64,000 bases of DNA from IMG/VR virus record IMGVR_UViG_3300028299_000003, positions 1 to 64,000 of that record. One strand, 5' to 3'. Made by a program: the position numbers and the translations under genes. The notes beneath the pieces are model-generated. The model had not been told where the DNA came from and did no database searches. It was given only the letters and a program-made list of their open reading frames with translations. Below are positions 35,249 through 44,893 of this stretch, piece by piece; the first letter of the stretch is position 1; the number at the start of each line of letters is the position of its first letter. Origin of the DNA: a virus.

Positions 35249-35538
35249 TCCATTGATTTGAATATTATAGCACTTTGTTCTAACCACCCAAATTCTCTTT
35301 TAATTTCTTCTGGTGATCGTGATGTACTTATGTTGAATTTATAGTGATCATTATCAATTTTATCAAAACTATTTAGTTTTATACCATTTTGTTCTAACCA
35401 TCCAAACTCATTATTGAAAGCGTCTGATATAGTTTTCTGACCAGATATCTCTAGTACTTGATTATCATCCACATAACATATAACAGTATATGTGTTATCT
35501 GTGTTTTCTTTTATATAATTTGAATATTGTTTCAACAT
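35245..35538 (-). CDS. Hypothetical protein with internal EFGWLEQ repeat
   Basis: LKQYSNYIKE N-terminus; EFGWLEQ occurs twice. Confidence 0.6.
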   Translation of the reverse strand: MLKQYSNYIKENTDNTYTVICYVDDNQVLEISGQKTISDAFNNEFGWLEQNGIKLNSFDKIDNDHYKFNISTSRSPEEIKREFGWLEQSAIIFKSME

Positions 35539-35626
35539 GAGAATTATTTTTTTTATTATATATAAAATATTTATATTTAGATTATATATTAAATATATAC
35601 ATTAGAAAAATAATTAAGTTTATTTA

Positions 35627-36217
35627 ATGAAGAGACTAGATATTGTCGGATTACCAAGTGGCCAAATTATAACCATTACGGATGACCAATTAAAAGAGTT
35701 GATAAAAAATATGGTGGTTTGGAAAATAACGCGATATCTAACAACCTCGTTAGATGATGGTGTATATTGTTTTAATGATGATGATGTGGAATTTATCACA
35801 AGAAAATTATCTATGATGTTATATGATCAAGCATTTAAAAAAGATTCATATGAGTCAGGAACATTTATGCGATATTTACAAAAAATATATCCAGACTCAT
35901 CTAGTTGGAATAATATAATAACATTAACTTGTTCATCTCAGGATTTGAATAATTTAGAAGGAATAGAAAATCTTAAAAATTTAGAAGTGTTACATTGTGA
36001 TCATAATAATATAGAAGAGTTAAATATAGGTGGTCTAAGTAAATTAAGAATTCTTTATTGTAATGGTAATAAATTAACTATGATTAAAGATATTTCTAGA
36101 TTAAAAAATCTAACTATTTTATGGTACGAAGATAATGATTTCAATGAACATTATTTGAAATTTTTAGATAGATATTGTAAGATTAGAAAAATAAGAACTA
36201 TACACAGAAAAAAGTAG
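35627..36217 (+). CDS. Leucine-rich repeat protein
   Basis: LKNLEVLHCDHNNI and LSKLRILYCNGNKL repeats. Confidence 0.8.
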   Translation: MKRLDIVGLPSGQIITITDDQLKELIKNMVVWKITRYLTTSLDDGVYCFNDDDVEFITRKLSMMLYDQAFKKDSYESGTFMRYLQKIYPDSSSWNNIITLTCSSQDLNNLEGIENLKNLEVLHCDHNNIEELNIGGLSKLRILYCNGNKLTMIKDISRLKNLTILWYEDNDFNEHYLKFLDRYCKIRKIRTIHRKK

Positions 36218-36268
36218 ACCCCTAATTATCTTATAGAACCTATTTTTTTATATATAGAATAAAAATAG

Positions 36269-36982
36269 ATGATGAATCTTATCGGGCTTGATATTTCTGT
36301 TAATAGTACTGGATTATCAATATTTAAAGATGATAAATTAGAATTATATAATTTCACTACTATAAAAGATAGTTATATATGGGTTAAAAAGACCATAGAA
36401 TATATCAATTTTGAATTTATCAATTATACTTATTCTGATAATGATGATTACAGTGAAAAAGAAATAATAAAACTTGTAGAATTCAATAAAATTTCTGATA
36501 TTATTTTTGATAAAATTTGTGAGAATATTAATAAAGATGAAAAAACATACATATGTATTGAGGGATATAATTTTGGGTTTAAACAGAACACTAATAGTAT
36601 AACAGATATCGTATGTATCTCTACTATTTTAAAATCTAAGTTATTAAATATTCCAAATTTAGAACAGATGTTAATTCTTTCACCAAAATCAATTAAATCA
36701 TATGTTGCTGAAATGGTATATGGTACAACACAGACTATAAACAAAAGAGGGACAAAAAAAATCATTAATAAGAGTCCAGATGGTGTTAGTGGCGGAAATT
36801 TCTCTAAACACGACATGTTAAAAGCTATAATTGATTCGGATTATGATGATATTTTGACGAATATTGTAAAAAAAAATAAAGATGAAATATTAAAAATGAA
36901 GAACATTCCAAAACCGTTTGATGATATTTGTGATAGTTATTGGATAGTTAAAGTTCTTAGTAATATATTAAAATCTTCATAA
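36269..36982 (+). CDS. RuvC-like Holliday junction resolvase
   Basis: IGLDISVNSTG, CIEGY, PKSIK and DDICDSY motifs. Confidence 0.75.
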   Translation: MMNLIGLDISVNSTGLSIFKDDKLELYNFTTIKDSYIWVKKTIEYINFEFINYTYSDNDDYSEKEIIKLVEFNKISDIIFDKICENINKDEKTYICIEGYNFGFKQNTNSITDIVCISTILKSKLLNIPNLEQMLILSPKSIKSYVAEMVYGTTQTINKRGTKKIINKSPDGVSGGNFSKHDMLKAIIDSDYDDILTNIVKKNKDEILKMKNIPKPFDDICDSYWIVKVLSNILKSS

Positions 36983-37989
36983 TTTTTATTTATAATAAAA
37001 ATAAAATTATATCCTTGTTCTATACATGACTTTTGTTTTATCAAGTTCTTTTCAATATCTTTTTTGTAGATATAATCCGATTTTATTTCTATAATTAGAT
37101 TAAATGGTTTATAAAAAAAATCAGAAAAGTAAATTTTTTCTTTGTTTTCAAATTTATATCGAATTGTTTTTCCCTTTTCAATGTTCAAATTCTGATATTT
37201 TTCTAAAAAATCTAATTCATAAGTTCCTTGATAAGTTAAGTTTTTAAATTTTTTTCGTAAAAATAATGATTTTTGTTTTTTTAAATTTATAATTTCATCC
37301 TGAGAAACATTATTAACCCCATATTTTATTAAACAAGTTTCTACACTTTTACATCTATTATTATAATTCTCATTTCCATATTTTTTGAATTTTGTATTTT
37401 TACCCTTTTTTCTAATATTTTTATTTTGTAATGGGTTTTCAACCCCATAATTTTTTAATGTTGTTTTGATTTTTTTATTTTTTATTTGTTCTGATTGAGA
37501 TGGGTTCTTAACATTCCAATTTTTTAATGTTGTCTGTGTTTTTTTGTATTTGATTTTATCATTTTTCGAAACATTATCAACCCCATAATTTTTTCTAATC
37601 GTTTCTTTTGATTTTTCTTTAATTATTTTACTACATAATGGTGATTTCCCACCATATTTTTCCATCATTGTTTTAGATTGTTTTGATTTTATATCTGGAT
37701 GTTGACTACTAACACACCCAAACCTCTCATTGAAAGTATTCATAAGTTTTCCAACTGAACATTTATGGCTACATGCATATAAAACAGTTCCCATTTTTGT
37801 GTTTTTAGTATATTTACAATATTTTAATTCTTTTTCATTACCACAAATATCACATTTAACTCTTATTATATAATTACTATTCGGCCTTAAATCTTCTATT
37901 TTAACATCAATTAAATTTTTATATTTATCATATCCCTTATTGATATAATAAGGTTTATTTTTAATCTTTATAGTTTTATTTATTATCAT
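36937..37989 (-). CDS. Putative homing endonuclease (KYGVxN repeats plus PD-(D/E)xK domain)
   Basis: YGVDNVS/YGVENPL repeats; YFSDF...IIEIKS. Confidence 0.72.
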   Translation of the reverse strand: MIINKTIKIKNKPYYINKGYDKYKNLIDVKIEDLRPNSNYIIRVKCDICGNEKELKYCKYTKNTKMGTVLYACSHKCSVGKLMNTFNERFGCVSSQHPDIKSKQSKTMMEKYGGKSPLCSKIIKEKSKETIRKNYGVDNVSKNDKIKYKKTQTTLKNWNVKNPSQSEQIKNKKIKTTLKNYGVENPLQNKNIRKKGKNTKFKKYGNENYNNRCKSVETCLIKYGVNNVSQDEIINLKKQKSLFLRKKFKNLTYQGTYELDFLEKYQNLNIEKGKTIRYKFENKEKIYFSDFFYKPFNLIIEIKSDYIYKKDIEKNLIKQKSCIEQGYNFIFIINKNYEDFNILLRTLTIQ

Positions 37990-38146
37990 ATAATAATATC
38001 ATTTTTATTATTCCATTCTTTTTAAAATTTTTATGTATCAAGTGTTCAACATATCTTGATTTATTTTCAAAATTATTTTCTAGAAAATCAATTATATAAG
38101 GACTTAAACTAAATACTATTTTCTTTTTTGTTATTTCTTTTTTCAT
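37976..38146 (-). CDS. Small ribbon-helix-helix-like protein (not in ORF track)
   Basis: MKKEITKKKIVFSLSPYIIDFLENNFENKSRYVEHLI... Confidence 0.55.
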   Translation of the reverse strand: MKKEITKKKIVFSLSPYIIDFLENNFENKSRYVEHLIHKNFKKNGIIKMILLYDNK

Positions 38147-38245
38147 TTTGTTTGTATTTTACTTGTATATATAAAATTAAAAATATCATATTTTTCCAAT
38201 TATTAAACAAAATACCTCATTATTAATATATAAAGATAAAACATA

Positions 38246-38416
38246 ATGGCTAGACCAAAGATAAAAAACAAAAAAAGAAACATATCACTTTCAATAAATA
38301 TTGAATTGGATGAAATTTTTGAAGATTTTGTTAAAGATAAAAAAATAACAAAATCTCAATATGTTGAATATTTAATTGAAAAGGAAATGGATAAAGAAAC
38401 GAAAAAAGAATTTTAA
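38246..38416 (+). CDS. Small ribbon-helix-helix-like protein (not in ORF track)
   Basis: MARPKIKNKKRNISLSINIELDEIF...TKSQYVEYLI. Confidence 0.6.
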   Translation: MARPKIKNKKRNISLSINIELDEIFEDFVKDKKITKSQYVEYLIEKEMDKETKKEF

Positions 38417-38440
38417 TATATAAAGAAAAAAAGTTTTACT

Positions 38441-38890
38441 ATGAAACATTTAAGAGAATATCGCCATTTTAAAATTGACCCATCAAGGAATAATATTAAA
38501 GACCCAAATGAACCATTTTTCATTGAACCAAAGTATGATTATAAGCAAAAAAGGTTATTAGGAATAGAAAACAAAAAAGAATTAATAGAAATAGATATTC
38601 CAACAATAAATAATCTAATACAGAATATAGCAGTTGAATCTGCTGCAGGAACATACCAACTTAGTGAAAATCTTCTTACTGTTCTCAATAAAATAAGAAA
38701 ATATGTTGAAAGTTATTATGAGGATGATCGTTCTGATATAAGTGAAAGTTATTTAGTATTTGAAGAATTATCAGACGATGATTTGAGAAAATTAACAAAA
38801 CTTGGATTTGGTGTTTATATATATGATGATTCAAATGAATATAGTGAATATTTTGGTGATAAACACAGAATATCCTGGGAATGGAAATAA
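38441..38890 (+). CDS. Hypothetical protein, MKHLREY N-terminal family
   Basis: Shared N-terminal motif. Confidence 0.6.
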   Translation: MKHLREYRHFKIDPSRNNIKDPNEPFFIEPKYDYKQKRLLGIENKKELIEIDIPTINNLIQNIAVESAAGTYQLSENLLTVLNKIRKYVESYYEDDRSDISESYLVFEELSDDDLRKLTKLGFGVYIYDDSNEYSEYFGDKHRISWEWK

Positions 38891-38904
38891 AAAATAAATA
38901 GAAA

Positions 38905-39123
38905 ATGATTAAACTGTTTGAAAATTTTGAAAATGATTCAAGAAAAATATGGAATTCTATGAGTAAAGGAGAAAGAATAGATTTTATAATAACATATTTT
39001 CCGAGGATAAAAGAAGAAGATTATGAAGTAATATCAAATCAAGGATTTGGAACATTAGATTATTATTTAATGTTTGATAAAAGTGTAATATCAAAAAGAT
39101 TAAAAGAATATAAAAAGGATTAA
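38905..39123 (+). CDS. Hypothetical protein, MIKLFENF N-terminal family
   Basis: Shared N-terminal motif. Confidence 0.6.
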   Translation: MIKLFENFENDSRKIWNSMSKGERIDFIITYFPRIKEEDYEVISNQGFGTLDYYLMFDKSVISKRLKEYKKD

Positions 39124-39140
39124 AAAGTTAGGTTAAAGAA

Positions 39141-40583
39141 ATGATAATACAAGATTTAATTGAAATAACTGTTAATAGTACATCATTGAAATATTACAAG
39201 GATATTGGATATGATGCCGAGTTAAATAAAAAAACTATAGTTAGAACAGATGATTTATCAAAATCTTCTTGTTATGAGGTTATGGTAAAGTGTGATTATT
39301 GTGGAAATGAAAAAATGTTAAAATATTGTAAATATATTAAAAATATAAAACATCATAATATATATTGTTGTAGTAATAAATGTGCTTATCAATTGAAAAA
39401 TAAAAAAACTAATGTAGAGAAGTATGGAGTTGATAGTTTTTCTAAAACAGATGACTATAAGTTGAAATTTAAAAAAATGAGTTTAAAAAATTATGGATTT
39501 GATAACCCATCAAAGAATTTTAATATAAGAAAGAAGATATCTGAGAATAAATTTGATTTTTGGAAAAATAAATTAAAAGAAGAATACAATGTTATATCTA
39601 TAAATAATCATAATTATGAAATGAAATGTGATTGTGGTAAAGATCATAATTTTTTTATTGATAGAGATGTTTTACATAATAGAAAACAATTGAAAACTAT
39701 TTTGTGTACAATTTGCCATCCTATTAAATCATATTTTAATTCTGGAATGGAGATTAATGTTAGGAATTATATTTGTGATAATTATTATAATGAAATATTA
39801 TTTAATAGCCGATTATTAGGAAAAGAGTTAGATATTTATGTTCCTAAATTAAAACTTGCGTTTGAATTTAATGGAGTTTACTGGCACAATGAAATGAATA
39901 AACCAAATAATTACCATCAGGAAAAAACTGAACTGTGTGAAAAAAATAATATTCAATTAATACATATTTATGAAGATGACTGGTTGTATAAAAATGATAT
40001 TGTTAAATCAATGATATTAAGCAAATTAGGGAAGACAGAAAATAAAATAGAATCAAATAAATGTGAAATTCGTGAAATAACCGATAATAAATTAGTTAGA
40101 GAATTTTTAGAAAAAAATCATATTCAAGGATTTATTGGTTCAAGTGTGAAAATTGGTCATTTTCATAAAAATGAGTTATTAAGTCTAATGACTTTTGGAA
40201 AAAGACGAAAAAAGAATACGGAAGATGAGTATGAGTTATTGAGATTTTGTAATCGGTTGAATACTAATGTGATAGATTCTAGGGATAAATTGTTTAAATA
40301 TTTTGTGAAAAATTATTCACCAAAAATGATAATAACATATTCGGATAGATCATGGGATACAGGGGATCTATACAGAAAATTAGGATTTGAATTTATAGGA
40401 AAGACACAACCAAATTATTACTATGTTATAGATAGAATAAAACATCATAGATTTAATTATAGAAAAGATAAATTAATAAAAGAAGGTTTTGATAAAAATA
40501 AATCAGAACACGAGATTATGTTGGGTAGAGGAATTTATAGAATATATGATAGTGGGAATTTAAAATTTGAATATATAGATTAA
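39141..40583 (+). CDS. Putative homing endonuclease (Vsr/PD-(D/E)xK-like plus C-terminal domain)
   Basis: KCDYCG, YGVD repeats, ELDIYVPKLKLAFEFNGVYWH, FLEKNHIQG and YSDRSW motifs. Confidence 0.72.
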   Translation: MIIQDLIEITVNSTSLKYYKDIGYDAELNKKTIVRTDDLSKSSCYEVMVKCDYCGNEKMLKYCKYIKNIKHHNIYCCSNKCAYQLKNKKTNVEKYGVDSFSKTDDYKLKFKKMSLKNYGFDNPSKNFNIRKKISENKFDFWKNKLKEEYNVISINNHNYEMKCDCGKDHNFFIDRDVLHNRKQLKTILCTICHPIKSYFNSGMEINVRNYICDNYYNEILFNSRLLGKELDIYVPKLKLAFEFNGVYWHNEMNKPNNYHQEKTELCEKNNIQLIHIYEDDWLYKNDIVKSMILSKLGKTENKIESNKCEIREITDNKLVREFLEKNHIQGFIGSSVKIGHFHKNELLSLMTFGKRRKKNTEDEYELLRFCNRLNTNVIDSRDKLFKYFVKNYSPKMIITYSDRSWDTGDLYRKLGFEFIGKTQPNYYYVIDRIKHHRFNYRKDKLIKEGFDKNKSEHEIMLGRGIYRIYDSGNLKFEYID

Positions 40584-41557
40584 TGAATAGTGATGAAAGA
40601 AAATATTATAAGTGGTTATTAAAAAATCATCCACTAGATTTGGATGGAACTTTATATGAACATAAAAAATTCAAGGAAGATAAACATATCCCAAAAAATA
40701 AAAGGAGATATAATAGTAAGGGCAACACACTTAATGAAGCTGTAGAACAAACTAGTGATTTAGTTAATGGTTTTCCTGTGAATAAAAAAATAAAGTTTGA
40801 CCAAGGATTAATGGTAAAAGCGATCCAGAATGGGTTAGTAATTCTAATTAGTTACGCTGGTGATAAAGATAATTGGAAAGGTGGGAGAGAAAGAGTTATA
40901 TATCCAATGGTTTTAGGTATAAATAAAAACACTGGTAATATGTTGGTTCGTGGGTGGCATTTATCTGGTTGGTCTGTTTCCAAAAAGAGAGATGTTAAAA
41001 AAGAATGGAGATTATTTAAGATAGAAAATATAAAATCCATGATGTTTACTGGAGACTTTTATCGTCTTCCACCAAAGGGATATAAAATGAACGACCGTGT
41101 GATGACAGAAAGAATTATTAAAGCGGCAGATTTTAATGAAATTCGTATGAATCAAGAAAAATTAGTAAAAGCGGGACAAATTCAAACTGTTGAAAAAGAG
41201 ACAGTTGGTGGAGATAAACCAGGTGTTGTCGCTAAAGTAGATGTTCATAGAACAGATACAGTACTTAATCTTTCCAATCCATACGAAAATGAGAATGTTA
41301 CACCATACAAAATGGCTAATAAAATAGGAGATTTGAAATTAACATTCTTAAAAAGTATAAATAAACAAGAATATGTAGCGATTATCGGAGCGTTAGGAAC
41401 ATTGAATAGAACTGTGAAACTTTTTGAAGATAAAGAATTCATAGGTAACTATAAAGTTATGAAAAATTCAAAAGGTAGAGAAATAAACAATATTAGAAAT
41501 ATTCAGGGAGCTACCGAATTCCAACTATATACATTTAATAAGGTAATAGAGAAATAA
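40583..41557 (+). CDS. WYL-domain protein
   Basis: ISY.G......RVIYPMVLG....LVRGW...WRLFKIENI. Confidence 0.6.
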   Translation: MNSDERKYYKWLLKNHPLDLDGTLYEHKKFKEDKHIPKNKRRYNSKGNTLNEAVEQTSDLVNGFPVNKKIKFDQGLMVKAIQNGLVILISYAGDKDNWKGGRERVIYPMVLGINKNTGNMLVRGWHLSGWSVSKKRDVKKEWRLFKIENIKSMMFTGDFYRLPPKGYKMNDRVMTERIIKAADFNEIRMNQEKLVKAGQIQTVEKETVGGDKPGVVAKVDVHRTDTVLNLSNPYENENVTPYKMANKIGDLKLTFLKSINKQEYVAIIGALGTLNRTVKLFEDKEFIGNYKVMKNSKGREINNIRNIQGATEFQLYTFNKVIEK

Positions 41558-41575
41558 AAAATAATTTCATTAAAA

Positions 41576-42025
41576 GTGTTTTTCAAAATTAATCAAAAAC
41601 CAAAAAATATAAAATTAAGTAAACTATGTCTTTCTGGTAGATTTTCAGAATGTATTAATAATTTAAATACGGTAATTTCTAATGAATTATTAGACTTATC
41701 AGAAGATAAAGAAATATGTTATGTTGATATATCTGATAAAACTGGATTTGTTAAAATTCTTCCGACATCAAAATATTTTCTAGTATTAGAAAAATATATG
41801 AAATGGAAAAAATTAGATGAATCATGGTTAGAAAGTATGAAATATGATTTTAAGAGTTTTGATTATGATGAGGATTTTAATAAAATAGAACCAAATTTTC
41901 AACATATGAGAGTTGGTAGATTCATAAATAAAGTTTTTGGTGATAGTGTTTTAGAATATGATGTTGAAACATTTGTTTTGAGGTATAAGATGTATCAAAC
42001 TAAAACTTCATCCGTTTTTTCATAA
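41576..42025 (+). CDS. Hypothetical protein
   Basis: MRVGRFINK motif shared with 47052. Confidence 0.55.
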   Translation: MFFKINQKPKNIKLSKLCLSGRFSECINNLNTVISNELLDLSEDKEICYVDISDKTGFVKILPTSKYFLVLEKYMKWKKLDESWLESMKYDFKSFDYDEDFNKIEPNFQHMRVGRFINKVFGDSVLEYDVETFVLRYKMYQTKTSSVFS

Positions 42026-42034
42026 TGACTATAA

Positions 42035-42217
42035 TTATTTGTGTCTAATTATGTTGTCATTGTCATCAAAATCTGGAAAATCATTAGAAGTTAAGTCCAT
42101 CCATGTTTTCTTTTTCTTTTTTGGTTTGTATTTTGGTTTAATTTCATTATCAATTTCTTCCCATCCTTCATCATCGAATGTATCAATAAATTCTTCAAAT
42201 AATTTTATGTGTTTCAT
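42035..42217 (-). CDS. Small protein, MKHIKLFEEF family
   Basis: Shared N-terminal motif; C-terminus similar to 21234. Confidence 0.6.
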   Translation of the reverse strand: MKHIKLFEEFIDTFDDEGWEEIDNEIKPKYKPKKKKKTWMDLTSNDFPDFDDNDNIIRHK

Positions 42218-42235
42218 AGTTAAATTTTATTTTTA

Positions 42236-42979
42236 TCAGACTTTTTCAAACCAATAGTTAAAGAAATAATAATCATTTCCAGTTATTGAATAATATTTTT
42301 CTTTATATTTTAATTTAATATATGGATTACCATCTTTATTTACTTCAGATTTTATTAATTCAACGATAGCGTTCATTTTTATTTTTTCAACTTCACCCAT
42401 CTCATTTTTAACTTCAACTTCTTTTAATGTTTTATATAACCCTTCATCAACATCAAACCAATCACAAAGAATTTTATAGAAGTAATTACTTAATTTTAAT
42501 TTATATTCCTCATCCATATATGTGAATCTTTGATCTCCCCATAATTCTGTTTGTAATTTAGGTTTGTCAATCCAATTAAAGTTTTTAAATACACCAAAGA
42601 ATTCCTCATCTTCTAGATTAAATGAGATAAAAATATCTAATTTTAGAAAATTATTTCTGAACATTCTAAGTATTTTGAAATCAGAGAAATTATCAAGATC
42701 TTCTAAGAATTTATCATTCTTATATTGTTTCATCATATCACGATCCGATCCCGCCATCGCGTGTTTAGAAATCTGGCCCATTCTCGCGATTGCACCACCA
42801 AGACGAGCGTAATAATCAACATATGGACCATCAGAATTACCATAGACCGATAAACCCGCATCGCTTGCAAATCCATAGCCAGGGCCTAGTGGGTTTTGTG
42901 AATCAATACCCATTTGATATTGATTGAATTCAGAATATTCAAGAATTAATTTTATTCCACTATATTTTAAATTTTTCAC
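42236..42979 (-). CDS. Hypothetical (probable virion) protein
   Basis: ILEYSEFN motif; 247 aa. Confidence 0.6.
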   Translation of the reverse strand: MKNLKYSGIKLILEYSEFNQYQMGIDSQNPLGPGYGFASDAGLSVYGNSDGPYVDYYARLGGAIARMGQISKHAMAGSDRDMMKQYKNDKFLEDLDNFSDFKILRMFRNNFLKLDIFISFNLEDEEFFGVFKNFNWIDKPKLQTELWGDQRFTYMDEEYKLKLSNYFYKILCDWFDVDEGLYKTLKEVEVKNEMGEVEKIKMNAIVELIKSEVNKDGNPYIKLKYKEKYYSITGNDYYFFNYWFEKV

Positions 42980-44039
42980 TTAGATAATTTGTTAATTTTT
43001 CTTTAATATCTTCGTTATATTTTATTCTTAATAAATTAATATTATTTTTCTTACAATATATATTCTTTATTTTATCTCGTTTTTTTCTTAACTTTAATTT
43101 ATCTTCGTTCTTCTCGTGTATGAATTTCATAAAATGTTGTTCACCATCATATTCTATACATAGATTGTATTTAGGTAAATAAAAATCAAATTTTAATAAT
43201 GATTGGTATTTACAATCTTTAAATGTCTTTTGATTAGAATATTTTATATTCATATCATTTAATATAAATGATAATTGCCTTTCTCCTTTAGATTCACAAC
43301 ATTTTGGACACCCAGCACCCTTTGCATGAATTTTTGGCATTTGATTAAATATACCATGAGTTGGACACATAATCTTTATTTTTTTTCTATTATTTTTATA
43401 ATTAATCATAGAATAATCATATTTATCACCATGTATTTCTTTTGCATTTTTAAGAAAATTATTTTTGTAACTATCTTTAAGACATTCTGGGCATCCTAAT
43501 TCTTTGTTTAAATGATTAAGTGGTAATTGTTCAAATACACTATGAATCGGACATACAATTTTAACTTTTGTTCTATTATTCTTGTATTCAACTAATGAAT
43601 AATCATATTTATCATTATGAATATTTTTAGATTTTGATATGAAAGATTTATTAGATTTTTCATAGAAACTACATTCTGGACATCCTTGTTTTTTTATTAT
43701 ATGATTATATGGTGCCTGTTCAAAAATACCATGTTTTAGACAAATTATTTTTACTTTTGTTTTGTTGTTTTTATAATCAACTAATGAATAATCATATTTA
43801 TCATTATGAATATTTTTAGATTTTTTCGCAAATGTGTTATTGGTGTATTTTTTGTTATTAGTACATGAAGAACAACCAAATCCTTTTAAATGATTAAGTG
43901 GTAATTGTTCAAATACACTATGAATCGGACATACAATTTTAACTTTTGTTCTATTATTCTTGTATTCAACTAATGAATAATCATATTTGTTATTATGTAT
44001 TTTGTAAGCTTTATTAATGAATTCCAATTTGAATGACAT
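42960..44039 (-). CDS. Putative homing endonuclease with KYDYS/CPxHG repeats
   Basis: Four HxxKYDYSLVxYKN..KVKIxCPxH..F.Q....H...GC repeats; FDFYLP..CIEYDGEQH; likely start 44039. Confidence 0.78.
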   Translation of the reverse strand: MSFKLEFINKAYKIHNNKYDYSLVEYKNNRTKVKIVCPIHSVFEQLPLNHLKGFGCSSCTNNKKYTNNTFAKKSKNIHNDKYDYSLVDYKNNKTKVKIICLKHGIFEQAPYNHIIKKQGCPECSFYEKSNKSFISKSKNIHNDKYDYSLVEYKNNRTKVKIVCPIHSVFEQLPLNHLNKELGCPECLKDSYKNNFLKNAKEIHGDKYDYSMINYKNNRKKIKIMCPTHGIFNQMPKIHAKGAGCPKCCESKGERQLSFILNDMNIKYSNQKTFKDCKYQSLLKFDFYLPKYNLCIEYDGEQHFMKFIHEKNEDKLKLRKKRDKIKNIYCKKNNINLLRIKYNEDIKEKLTNYLSEKFKI

Positions 44040-44073
44040 ATTTTTTATATATATAAAAAAATAAAAATCAATT

Positions 44074-44538
44074 ATGGCTAGATTAAAAAAAACAGAGTTA
44101 ATAGATGAACTTAATAAACTAGGTATTTCGTTCACCGATGGTATGACTTATAATGACCTACAGAAGTTGTATTCAAAATCTATGGAAGCTAAAGAAGTGT
44201 ATGATACAATGATAAGTGATGTTGATGAAGTTATAGAACAACATATTAAAAAGGAAGAACCTATCATTGAACTAGTTATAAAGGAAGTATATACATATAT
44301 ACCAAAGGAGAATGAAAAATTAGTTATGGATAAACCATCACAACCATTAATAAAAACAGATAAAGGTATTTATGAATCTTTTATAAATAATAGATTACCA
44401 TTTGTTATAAAATATAAAAATAATACCGTATTTGATAGTTCAAGTTATCCAATAACTCAATTGAAAGCGTACGATACATTCTATGAAGTATATGGTTTGA
44501 GATATTCTTATCAAGGATCAAGTATTATAAAAAAATAA
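44074..44538 (+). CDS. HeH/LEM-like N-terminus plus a domain shared with the GT25 C-terminus
   Basis: LKKTELIDELNKLGI...DLQKLY; F.N....F.I......FDS...YD....YG..Y.Y.G. Confidence 0.55.
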   Translation: MARLKKTELIDELNKLGISFTDGMTYNDLQKLYSKSMEAKEVYDTMISDVDEVIEQHIKKEEPIIELVIKEVYTYIPKENEKLVMDKPSQPLIKTDKGIYESFINNRLPFVIKYKNNTVFDSSSYPITQLKAYDTFYEVYGLRYSYQGSSIIKK

Positions 44539-44540
44539 TA

Positions 44541-44566
44541 AAAAAGTCCTGAATTTCAGGACTTTT
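44541..44566. terminator. Bidirectional intrinsic terminator
   Basis: aaaagtcctgaa-t-ttcaggactttt between convergent genes. Confidence 0.75.
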
Positions 44567-44571
44567 CTTTT

Positions 44572-44799
44572 TTAGTTCATAGACACATTTTTAAATAAAT
44601 CCTTTTTAGCTTCAACTTCAACAATTTCATTCAATAGAGTTTTAACAGTTTTGAAAATGAAATCATTTTTGGATAATTTGTTTTCCAAAATCAAATGAGC
44701 GTCTTCGGGTTTCATAAGACCAATTAGTTGGTCGTCAAATCCTTTAGATTTCAAATCAACTTTCATTTTCTTTGTGATGAATAATGGAATACCTTTCAT
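44572..44799 (-). CDS. Hypothetical protein
   Basis: MKGIPLFITKKMK..L...GF....I..MKPEDAH; TATCTTTG promoter element at 44815-44822. Confidence 0.55.
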   Translation of the reverse strand: MKGIPLFITKKMKVDLKSKGFDDQLIGLMKPEDAHLILENKLSKNDFIFKTVKTLLNEIVEVEAKKDLFKNVSMN

Positions 44800-44893
44800 T
44801 TTTTTATTGTAGTACAAAGATACGAAAATTTTTCGTATTATAAAAATATTTCACTTTCTTTTTTTTATATATATAAAAAAATAATATTCTCAC

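Noticed and set aside
43510-43988. Identical ~100-nt direct repeat suggesting a DGR template/variable pair or mobile-element ends
   Set aside because: It is the in-frame duplicated KYDYS/CPIH module of the endonuclease, with no adenine-specific differences and no reverse transcriptase in the window.
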